DNA from: Thermoanaerobaculia bacterium
GTDB taxonomy: Bacteria; Acidobacteriota; Thermoanaerobaculia; Gp7-AA8
Reading direction: 5' to 3'
DNA: 44,850 nucleotides
Assembly: GCA_046261635.1 (NCBI GenBank)
Contig: JBHEOL010000172.1
Span: 1 to 44,850 of the forward strand
Made by a program: the position numbers and the translations under genes. Under the pieces are notes generated by a model. The model saw nothing but the letters and a program-made list of their open reading frames with translations. It ran no database searches and had not been told where the DNA came from. Shown one piece after another: positions 1-7,167 of the stretch (positions within the stretch are counted from its first letter, which is position 1; each line of letters starts with the position of its first letter).

Positions 1-984
1 GTTCGCCGGGCAAGGATTCTCGAGGCGGCGCGAGATATCGCCGCACGCGGTCTGACGGCCGTTCATGACGCAGGGGTGGATCAGGACACGATTCAGCTGA
101 TGAGGGAGCTGATCGATGCGCACCAACTCCCCATCCGCGTCTATGCGATGCTCTCCGACGATTCGGAACTGCTCGCTTACTGGTTCGGGCGCGGACCGCT
201 CATCGACTATGGGGACCATCTCACTGTTCGCTCGGTGAAACTGTACGCGGACGGTGCGCTGGGAAGCCGGGGGGCCGCGCTTCTGGCCCCGTATTCAGAC
301 GATCCAACGAACTCGGGACTGATGATCGCTTCGACCGAGCACATGACGAACCGGTCGCGGGCGGCCAGTGCGGCCGGGTTTCAGGTCGGTACGCATGCGA
401 TCGGCGATCGGGCCGTACGCAATGTGATCGACGCTTACGAGGCCGCGGCCATCGGGCCGGATCAGCGGTTCCGGATCGAGCACCTTCAGGTGGTCGCTCC
501 GGAGGATTTCTCACGTCTCTCCACCCTCGGAATCATCTCGGCGATGCAGCCGACCCACGCGACGTCGGACATGCCGTGGGCCGAGGATCGCCTCGGAGCC
601 GACCGCGTCCGCGGCGCTTATGCCTGGCGCACGGTTCTGGACGCCGGCAGCAGGCTCGCCCTCGGCTCCGATTTCCCCGTCGAACAGGTCGATCCGTTTC
701 TCGGAATCTATGCGGCGGTGACCCGGCAGGACCTCGAAGGATCCCCCGCAGGCGGATGGTTCGCCGACCAGCGGCTGACTCTCGAGGAGGCGATCCGCGG
801 ATTCACTCTCGATGCTGCGTTCGCGGCATTCGAGGAGGATCGCCGCGGCAGCATCGAGGTCGGGAAGTGGGCGGATCTCACGATCGTCGAGCCCGAGCCG
901 CGCGAAGGTGCCGCGAGACAGTTGCCTGAGACTCGGGTGCGCTACACGATCGTGAATGGACGCATCGTTCACCGGACCGAATGA
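1..984 (+). CDS. Amidohydrolase-family protein (YtcJ/amidohydrolase_3-like), 5' end outside the window
   Basis: Frame 1 is open from base 1 (VRRARILEAARDIAARGLTAVHDAGVDQ...). Metal-dependent amidohydrolase-like motifs are present (VKLYADGALGSRGA, GTHAIGDRA, RIEHLQV, GSDFPVE). The C-terminus is typical (KWADLTIV...VNGRIV). Confidence 0.8.
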   Translation, partial: VRRARILEAARDIAARGLTAVHDAGVDQDTIQLMRELIDAHQLPIRVYAMLSDDSELLAYWFGRGPLIDYGDHLTVRSVKLYADGALGSRGAALLAPYSDDPTNSGLMIASTEHMTNRSRAASAAGFQVGTHAIGDRAVRNVIDAYEAAAIGPDQRFRIEHLQVVAPEDFSRLSTLGIISAMQPTHATSDMPWAEDRLGADRVRGAYAWRTVLDAGSRLALGSDFPVEQVDPFLGIYAAVTRQDLEGSPAGGWFADQRLTLEEAIRGFTLDAAFAAFEEDRRGSIEVGKWADLTIVEPEPREGAARQLPETRVRYTIVNGRIVHRTE

Positions 985-1018
985 GCGTTACTCCTTTCGC
1001 TCGCAGCAGGCGCCCGTA

Positions 1019-1049
1019 GCCGCTTCTCCTTGCGGAGGCGGTTTCTTTT
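1019..1049 (+). terminator. Candidate rho-independent terminator after the amidohydrolase gene
   Basis: GCCGC(TT)CTCC-TTGC-GGAGGCGG hairpin with a 2-nt bulge, followed by TTTCTTTT. It starts ~35 nt after the TGA at 982-984, in the gap between convergent genes. Confidence 0.45.
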
Positions 1050-1072
1050 CACATCAGAGAAACGATGTGGGA

Positions 1073-1879
1073 TCAGCGGCCGAAACCGGGATGAAGCGCC
1101 GTTCCAGGACATCCTTCGACGCATACCATGCAGTTCGTGCAGCCGTCGAACCTCTTTATCTGACGTGGATCGAGCCCCCATGGACATCCCGCATGGCAGG
1201 CCGCGGGCGTTTCGTGAAGGCACCGCTCCACATCGTAGCGGATCAAAAGGGTCTTTCGGCTGCGGACCAGGTTCGCGAAGGTGCCGACCGGGCAAAGCGC
1301 CCGGCACCAGAGCCGCCGAGGCCCGACGAGCTCGAAGATCAGAAGCAGAAGCAGCAGTCCGCCGGTCGTCAGCGACAGGATCCGGAGATAGAGAATCTCG
1401 GCCGGAAGGGTCGTGATCAGGCGTGGAGCCGAGAGAATCGCGACGATCGGGATCCCCGAGAGGGCACCCAGGGCGAAGAGCACCCCGAGCAGAGTCGCCC
1501 TGGGCGCGCGCAGCTTGACCCACGGGCGACCGTGCCACGGTCGTGGACGAAGCTTCTGCTTCACCTTGTCGATCATTTCGGACAGCAACCCCCACGGGCA
1601 GACCCAGGAGCAGAACACGGGGCCGGCGACGAGCGCCATCACCACGATGGGGAGAAGGCCGACCAGAAGCGAAAGGACCAGCAGACGCCCGGCGAGGGCC
1701 GCGGAGAGCGCACCGGCCGGCTCGATGAGATCGATCGGGCCGATCCGGAGAGCCGCGAGCGTTCCGACGACCTGATGGTGCTCCGCCCGGTTCAAGAGTG
1801 GAATCGCGATGTAGAGGATCACGATCGAGATCTGCGCCAATCGGCGCCAGCGATTCCAGGAGACCTGGCGGGCCATCAC
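1073..1879 (-). CDS. napH: NapH-type membrane quinol dehydrogenase iron-sulfur subunit
   Basis: Multiple TM helices. Two CxxCP motifs (CSWVCPWG, CRALCPVG) and C-terminal Cys clusters (CLHETPAACHAGCPWG, CTNCMVCVEGCP). 4-nt start/stop overlap with napG. Confidence 0.8.
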   Translation of the reverse strand: MMARQVSWNRWRRLAQISIVILYIAIPLLNRAEHHQVVGTLAALRIGPIDLIEPAGALSAALAGRLLVLSLLVGLLPIVVMALVAGPVFCSWVCPWGLLSEMIDKVKQKLRPRPWHGRPWVKLRAPRATLLGVLFALGALSGIPIVAILSAPRLITTLPAEILYLRILSLTTGGLLLLLLIFELVGPRRLWCRALCPVGTFANLVRSRKTLLIRYDVERCLHETPAACHAGCPWGLDPRQIKRFDGCTNCMVCVEGCPGTALHPGFGR

Positions 1880-2385
1880 GCGATCTTTCCGGCTGGTCTG
1901 ATCACGATCGCGGGTCGCGAGGCGGGGCAGACCCGCTCACAGATTCCGCACCCGACGCATTGGTCGGTTACGTAGGGCTTGAGCTCGCCATTCTGGTAGA
2001 TCGCCTCGCCCTGCAGAGGACATTCGTCGACACACGTGCGGCAGAGAATCCCCTGGAAGGCATAGCAGGTCGACTCGTCGATGACGGCGATGCCCATGCG
2101 GACCGCCCGCTTGTCGGTGAGCGTGGGATCGAGCGCTCCCGACGGACATACCGGCGGGCACTGCATGCAGAGATAGCAGGGAATCTCCCTCGCGACCGCG
2201 TAGGGGGTCCCCATGTCTTTCTTATCCGGTCCCGCGGGTTTGAGCGTTCCGTAGGGACAGACTTCGATACAGCGGTTGCAGCGGATGCAGAGCGCCGTGA
2301 ACTGGTGCTCGGGCTTTGCTCCGGGCGGGCGCAGGGGCGCCGGACCGAGAAAATCGCGAAGCCACCCGAAGCGGGACCTAGTCAT
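1876..2385 (-). CDS. napG: NapG-type periplasmic poly-ferredoxin (4x 4Fe-4S)
   Basis: Four Cys clusters (CIRCNRCIEVCP, CYLCMQCPPVCP, CRTCVDECP, CVGCGICERVCP). Lies between napD and napH with 4-nt overlaps on both sides. Confidence 0.8.
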   Translation of the reverse strand: MTRSRFGWLRDFLGPAPLRPPGAKPEHQFTALCIRCNRCIEVCPYGTLKPAGPDKKDMGTPYAVAREIPCYLCMQCPPVCPSGALDPTLTDKRAVRMGIAVIDESTCYAFQGILCRTCVDECPLQGEAIYQNGELKPYVTDQCVGCGICERVCPASRPAIVIRPAGKIA

Positions 2386-2618
2386 TCCTCGTCGTCTCCG
2401 ACGAAGGTCGGGAACACGCCGACGATCGCTTCTTCCGAGGCGAGGAGCTCTTCGGCCAGCCCTTCGAGCGCCTCGCCGGTCTCTCCAGTCCAGACGGCGG
2501 CGATCCTCCGGTCTCCGTCGCCCCCCTTCAGTTGCAGCCCTTCAACACGTGCCAGCCGTGCAGCGACCGCGGGCTCCGAACCAGGCAGTGTTTCGATGAT
2601 GACTCCGGCGACGATCAT
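2382..2618 (-). CDS. napD: NapD-like Tat-proofreading chaperone for NapA
   Basis: 78 aa. The N-terminus (IVAGVIIETLPGSEPAVAARLARVEGL) is typical of NapD. Position is immediately after napA. Confidence 0.7.
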   Translation of the reverse strand: MIVAGVIIETLPGSEPAVAARLARVEGLQLKGGDGDRRIAAVWTGETGEALEGLAEELLASEEAIVGVFPTFVGDDEE

Positions 2619-2654
2619 GATGTCCTTTCTAATGCCGGGAGATCCCCGGCCGGA

Positions 2655-2685
2655 GTGGCCCGCGCCCCAGCGGAGCGCGGGCCAC
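2655..2685 (-). other. Perfect 11-bp-stem hairpin in the napA-napD spacer
   Basis: GTGGCCCGCGC-(9 nt)-GCGCGGGCCAC. No U-tract follows on the coding (minus) strand. Probably an intra-operon RNA structure. Confidence 0.4.
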
Positions 2686-2694
2686 CAGGTGAAC

Positions 2695-4956
2695 TCAGAC
2701 TTTCGTTACCTTCACCGCGCAGATCTTGAACTCGGGCTGCTTGGATCCGGGGTCGACGGCGTCGATCGTCATGATGTTGCACATGTGATCGGCGTCGTGC
2801 ATGTGGATGTACACGAGTCCCTTCGAGGAGGAGTCCGCAATCTTTGCGCGGAACACCTCGGACCCGCGCCGCGAGGAGACCCGGACCCTGTCGCCGGTCT
2901 TCACGCCCAGCTTCTTCGCATCGGCAGGGTTGATCTCGGCCATCGACTCATAGTTCGCGTGAACGAGCTCCTTGCAGTTCCTCGTCATCGTGGAGGTATG
3001 CCAGTGCTCGATGTTTCTCCCGGTCGTGTAATAGAACGGGTACTCGGCGTCGGGGACCTCCTCCGGCGGCCTCTGAGGACGCAGCCAGACGACCGCCTTA
3101 TTGTCGGGCCGGCCGTAGAACTGGATCCTGTGCGGCCAGCTCGCCGAAACGAGGGGATCTTCTCCTTTGACGTAGCGCAGAGTGGTTCCCGGATGCCCTT
3201 CGGTCGGCAGCGGCCAGATCAGACCGGGCTCCTTGCGCAACCGCTCGCGGGTCATCCCGCTGAAATCGTACGCGGTGCCCTTGGCGAGGGTCAGGATCTC
3301 CGTCCAGATCTCGCTCGTGTTCCTGAACGGGAGCAGTTTGCCGTGCCCGAGGCGCTTCGCCAGATCGCAAAGAATGGCGAAGTCAGGCCGCGCTTCGCCC
3401 GGAGGCGGCGTTGCCTGCTCCATCAGCTGATACCGGCGCTCGGCGCAGCCGTAGACTCCTTCCTTCTCGACCCAGAGAGCTGCCGGAAGAACGACATCTG
3501 CGAGCTCCGTGGTCCGGGTGGGGTGGTAGCTGTCGGCGACAACGACGAACGAGTCGTCCTTCTGCATCGCCTTCCGATAACGGTTCACATTCGGCAGCGA
3601 CTGTCCCGGATTCGTGCACATGATGTAGAGGCACTTGATCTTTCCCTCTTCCAGTGCGCGGAACATGTCGATGGTGGCCAGGCCAGGCTTCGGCGCCAGC
3701 GTGCCCGCCGGGATCTTCCAGAGCGCCTCTATCTCGGCGCGGTGTTTTTCATTGGCAACCAGCCGGCCGTAGGGAAGAAGGTGGGATAAGGCTCCACCGT
3801 CCCGCACGCCACCGCAGGCGTTCGGCTGTCCCGTGAGCGAGAAGGGCGTGTTGCCCGGAGTCCCGATCTTCCCGGTGATGAGATGGAGGTTGTGAACGAG
3901 GTTGTTCGCCCACACGCCCTTGGTGCGCTGATTCAGCCCCATGCACCACATCGACATGGAGGCTTTCCCCTTCGCACCAAACCACCGGGCGGCGGTGATG
4001 ATGTCCTCGGGCTTGCAATCGGCGATGGCTGCTGCTTTCTCCGGCGTGTAGTCCTGGAGCATTGCGACGTAGTCGGCCCAGCTCTTGTTCGCCTCGGCAC
4101 CCTCTCCGAAGATCAGATGCGTCTTGATGAACTCCTCGTCGATCATCTTCTCGTTCACCAGGACCCAGGCCATCGCGTTGAGAATCGCGAGATCGGTTCC
4201 GGGCTTGAATGAGAGATGAAGATCTGCGATGCGAGCGGTCGGGGTCTTCCGAGGGTCGATGACGATGACCTTCGTCCCGGGCTTCGAGTTCTTCCGCTTC
4301 ACGATTCGCTGGAAAAGGATCGGATGTGCTTCCGCCGCATTCGACCCGATGAGAAAGATGACATCGGCGTGATCGATGTCCTCGTAGGTTCCCATCGGCT
4401 CGTCTTTGCCGAAGGTCGTCATGTAGCCGCCGACGGCAGAAGCCATGCAGAGCCGCGGGTTTCCTTCGACGTTGTTGGTGCGGATTCCGGCCTTGAAGAG
4501 CTTGTTCGCGCAGTACGTCTCCTCGGTCAGCCCCTGGCCGGAGCCGTAAAACCCGACCGAATCGGGGCCGTACTGATCGATCGACCTCTTGAATTTCGAA
4601 GCGACCAGAGTCATCGCTTCGTCCCAGCTCGCCTTGACGAGCTTGCCATTCTTGCGGATGAGGGGGTGGGTCAGGCGATCTTTACCGGTGAGAATCTGGG
4701 GAAGAAGGAAACCCTTCAGGCAGAGGAAGCCCTGGTTGTGGTTCTCCTTGTCCCCCTTGACGGCGAAGACCTTGCCGTCCTTGACTCCCGCATAGAGCCC
4801 GCACCCGGTGCCGCAGTAGCGGCACACGGTCTTGACCCATTTTTCGCCGCCGGGCTGAGCGGCAAAGGCCTCGGCGGTGAAACGAAAATCGCCGAGAGCA
4901 GCGAGTGCGCTCGCTGCCGCCGCAGACTCGAGAAGTGTGCGTCTGGTGATGGTCAT
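2695..4956 (-). CDS. napA: Periplasmic nitrate reductase catalytic subunit NapA (Mo-bisMGD, 4Fe-4S)
   Basis: Twin-arginine signal (MTITRRTLLESAAAASALAALG). N-terminal 4Fe-4S motif CRYCGTGCG...C. Molybdopterin oxidoreductase length and motifs. Embedded in a napMADGH context. Confidence 0.9.
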   Translation of the reverse strand: MTITRRTLLESAAAASALAALGDFRFTAEAFAAQPGGEKWVKTVCRYCGTGCGLYAGVKDGKVFAVKGDKENHNQGFLCLKGFLLPQILTGKDRLTHPLIRKNGKLVKASWDEAMTLVASKFKRSIDQYGPDSVGFYGSGQGLTEETYCANKLFKAGIRTNNVEGNPRLCMASAVGGYMTTFGKDEPMGTYEDIDHADVIFLIGSNAAEAHPILFQRIVKRKNSKPGTKVIVIDPRKTPTARIADLHLSFKPGTDLAILNAMAWVLVNEKMIDEEFIKTHLIFGEGAEANKSWADYVAMLQDYTPEKAAAIADCKPEDIITAARWFGAKGKASMSMWCMGLNQRTKGVWANNLVHNLHLITGKIGTPGNTPFSLTGQPNACGGVRDGGALSHLLPYGRLVANEKHRAEIEALWKIPAGTLAPKPGLATIDMFRALEEGKIKCLYIMCTNPGQSLPNVNRYRKAMQKDDSFVVVADSYHPTRTTELADVVLPAALWVEKEGVYGCAERRYQLMEQATPPPGEARPDFAILCDLAKRLGHGKLLPFRNTSEIWTEILTLAKGTAYDFSGMTRERLRKEPGLIWPLPTEGHPGTTLRYVKGEDPLVSASWPHRIQFYGRPDNKAVVWLRPQRPPEEVPDAEYPFYYTTGRNIEHWHTSTMTRNCKELVHANYESMAEINPADAKKLGVKTGDRVRVSSRRGSEVFRAKIADSSSKGLVYIHMHDADHMCNIMTIDAVDPGSKQPEFKICAVKVTKV

Positions 4957-5360
4957 TGGTCACCTCCTGCCGGAGTCCAGTGAGGATTCAGAGCATGCGC
5001 CGAGTGGCACGAGAAGCAGCTCTTCTCCTTCATCTTCGGATGCTCCATGGTCGCGACCTGCTGCGGGTGGCATCCGAGGCACCGCTCCGGTGTTGGCTCG
5101 ATGGTGAAATCTTCGCCCGTGGAGCCGTGGCAGACGAAGCAGAGAACGTTGTTCATTCCATGCGGGCCGGCGTACCAGGCCTGCACGACTTCCGGGTGGA
5201 TGTCGGCGTGGCAGTCGGCGCACGCGATCGTCTCGTCGACTTCCGGATGCTCGACTTTCGCAGGCGCCTTGGTGTCTGCCAACTCCGCCCAGGAGGCCGA
5301 AACACCGAGCCCCCAGAGAAGCGCAGCCGCCATGAGCAGCACGAACAGTTTCGATTTCAT
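4953..5360 (-). CDS. napM: Periplasmic tetraheme cytochrome c (NapM-like)
   Basis: Sec signal peptide (MKSKLFVLLMAAALLWGLGVSASWA). Four CxxCH motifs (CADCH, CFVCH, CLGCH, CFSCH). 4-nt ATGA overlap with napA. Confidence 0.7.
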   Translation of the reverse strand: MKSKLFVLLMAAALLWGLGVSASWAELADTKAPAKVEHPEVDETIACADCHADIHPEVVQAWYAGPHGMNNVLCFVCHGSTGEDFTIEPTPERCLGCHPQQVATMEHPKMKEKSCFSCHSAHALNPHWTPAGGDQ

Positions 5361-5381
5361 AGCTTCCTCGTTTCTTCGTGT

Positions 5382-5417
5382 GGGAGGGCACCCTCCCGGC
5401 GGAGGGCACCCTCCCGG
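5382..5417. repeat. Tandem duplication of an 18-nt self-complementary unit (two adjacent hairpins)
   Basis: GGGAGGGCACCCTCCCGG followed by CGGAGGGCACCCTCCCGG, 17/18 identical. Each unit folds as GGAGGG-CA-CCCTCC. Lies in the 65-nt gap between the OM barrel gene and napM. Confidence 0.6.
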
Positions 5418-5425
5418 TGTCGAGA

Positions 5426-6997
5426 TCAGCCGCCGATCTTCAGTCCGCCGTAGTTGAACCGGAGGGTGGTCCGGAGCTCCCAGGCTGAGTCGTCATACAG
5501 CGCAGTTCCATTGATGAGGTACCCGGCAGCATCTCCGGGGAAGAAGACTCCGCCCCGGAGGGTCCAGATCAGGTTCTTCATCACGTTCCAGTCGAGCATG
5601 AAATCGACCTCGGAACCGAGATCGTCGGAGCTTGCCGCCCCGAACTCTCCCGGATCGATCGCTCCGTTGCCGTTGACGTCACTCCACGGACGCAGCGGTT
5701 CGGTCGCCTTCATGACCGTTCCCGAGAGGAACAGCTTCCACTGCGGGCGGATGGGGAAGGAGGCGTTGAGCTGCAGGAGCGTCGTGTTCTCGAACTCGCG
5801 ATAGCCGCGGGAGCCGGGCGATCCGAGGCCCTGGGGCGTGATCCCTTCCTCATCGGGCATGATCGAGTCTTCCCAGACCTCGTTCACGTAGAAGAAGCCG
5901 TTCGTGCGGATCTTGTTGATGTTGCCGTCGCCCGACATCGGGTCGTCGTCGCCGGATCCCATGCCGAAGACTGCTCCAACCGTCGCCTTGCCGACCGGCA
6001 TCTTCGCGTCGAGGTAGAGGTTGTATCCGGTCAGATCGCCGTTGTTGACGTCGAGGAGCTGATTGGGACCCGAGTTGACGTTCGGGACATCGTCGCTGCC
6101 GGTCAGGTAGTCGACTTCACCCTTGAGAGCGACTTTGCCGGCCTTTCCGGCGAACGCGAATCCGAGCGCGGTGACCTGGCTCAGGTTCGGGCGGAAGCGG
6201 GCGTTGAAGTACTGCAGCTCGTTCGGAGCGTAGGTGCGGCCGTCAATGTCCCCGCGGTCTCTGTAATAGGCAATGAAGGGATTGAGATTGAAGTTGCCGC
6301 GCTTGCCGGCGAAGTTGACGTAGAACAGATCAGAATCCTCTCCGCTGACTCCACCCGGGGCGACGTCGTCGGTGAGCGAGTCCGCGCCCTCGTACATCTT
6401 CGTCCAGTCGAAGGTCGTGACCCAGTTCCCGTACTTGCGCGAAACCTGAACTCCATCCCCGTCCTGGTCGAGGACGAGAAGGTTACCGAGCTTGTTCCCC
6501 ATGCGGCCGACGCGGAAGGTCGTCCCTGCGATCTGCTCGGGAGAGAACTCGACGTATGCCCAGTCGACGTGCATCAGGAAGTTCGTTTCCTTGTTGTTGA
6601 ACAGATTCGAGAAGCCGGGACGGTCATTGTCCCGCTGCTCGTTGTCGAGGCCGAAGATGGACTGGGCAATGTCGATCCGCACGACGCCTTTCAGGTTCGG
6701 CCCATAGCTGAGCTCGGGTTGAATCCTGAAGAGCTGGATCATGTACGCGTCGTGATCGGTGACGAGTCCGGGCGCGTCCTTGCCGAGAAAGAAGTTGTTC
6801 TGTGTATAGCCGTTGAACTCGTAGAAGCCGCCGAGGGTGAGCGCCAGCTTCGGATCGGGCGCGGGCGTCTTAGGCTGTCCCTCGGGGGCAAGCGGGGGGG
6901 TCTGGGGTGGCGGCGGGGTCGTCTGGGCGAACCCGGCGGCCGCGATCATCAGCGCGATCGCTGCGATCGCGATCCAACGGGGAAACTGCGTGTTCAT
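5426..6997 (-). CDS. Putative outer-membrane beta-barrel (porin-like) protein
   Basis: Start reassigned to ATG 6997, which has a GGAGAGAGG SD just upstream. Signal peptide MNTQFPRWIAIAAIALMIAAAGFAQ, then a Pro-rich linker. The remaining ~480 aa are rich in G/Y/N/D/F with alternating beta-strand-like patterns. No family recognised. Confidence 0.6.
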   Translation of the reverse strand: MNTQFPRWIAIAAIALMIAAAGFAQTTPPPPQTPPLAPEGQPKTPAPDPKLALTLGGFYEFNGYTQNNFFLGKDAPGLVTDHDAYMIQLFRIQPELSYGPNLKGVVRIDIAQSIFGLDNEQRDNDRPGFSNLFNNKETNFLMHVDWAYVEFSPEQIAGTTFRVGRMGNKLGNLLVLDQDGDGVQVSRKYGNWVTTFDWTKMYEGADSLTDDVAPGGVSGEDSDLFYVNFAGKRGNFNLNPFIAYYRDRGDIDGRTYAPNELQYFNARFRPNLSQVTALGFAFAGKAGKVALKGEVDYLTGSDDVPNVNSGPNQLLDVNNGDLTGYNLYLDAKMPVGKATVGAVFGMGSGDDDPMSGDGNINKIRTNGFFYVNEVWEDSIMPDEEGITPQGLGSPGSRGYREFENTTLLQLNASFPIRPQWKLFLSGTVMKATEPLRPWSDVNGNGAIDPGEFGAASSDDLGSEVDFMLDWNVMKNLIWTLRGGVFFPGDAAGYLINGTALYDDSAWELRTTLRFNYGGLKIGG

Positions 6998-7167
6998 TCC
7001 TCTCTCCTTTTCCTTGAAGCCCCTTCTGCATGGCTGGTCAGGTTGACGCTGGGACCGAGGGTCCGGGCGTCGCATGAACCCATCAATCATGGGGTCGACG
7101 TGATCATCACGAGGTGGCGCCAGCCACTCGGCAACGGGGACTGATCGCACCCCGGTCAGGGTCAAGC

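Noticed and set aside
1798-3789. 663-aa ORF on the plus strand. Similar giants include 17030..19117 (695 aa), 24113..26173 (686 aa), 37646..39610 (654 aa), 39822..41975 (717 aa), 34279..35877 (532 aa), 14742..15959 (405 aa), 26762..28027 (421 aa) and 27621..28916 (431 aa).
   Set aside because: Each lies antisense to, or out of frame with, a gene that has clear family signatures (napA, lpxA/fabZ/lpxD, clpC, the GGDEF-EAL genes, SulP, MTAP, PPIase, dnaB). The translations are Arg/Pro/Gly/Asp-rich low-complexity strings with no motifs. These are the classic stop-codon-poor shadow frames of high-GC DNA.
5382-5417. Considered whether the tandem 18-mers could be a degenerate CRISPR or a terminator
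   Set aside because: There are only two directly abutting units with no spacers and no cas genes, so this is not a CRISPR. No U-tract follows on the transcribed strand, so it is not a canonical intrinsic terminator. It is kept only as a repeat/hairpin observation.
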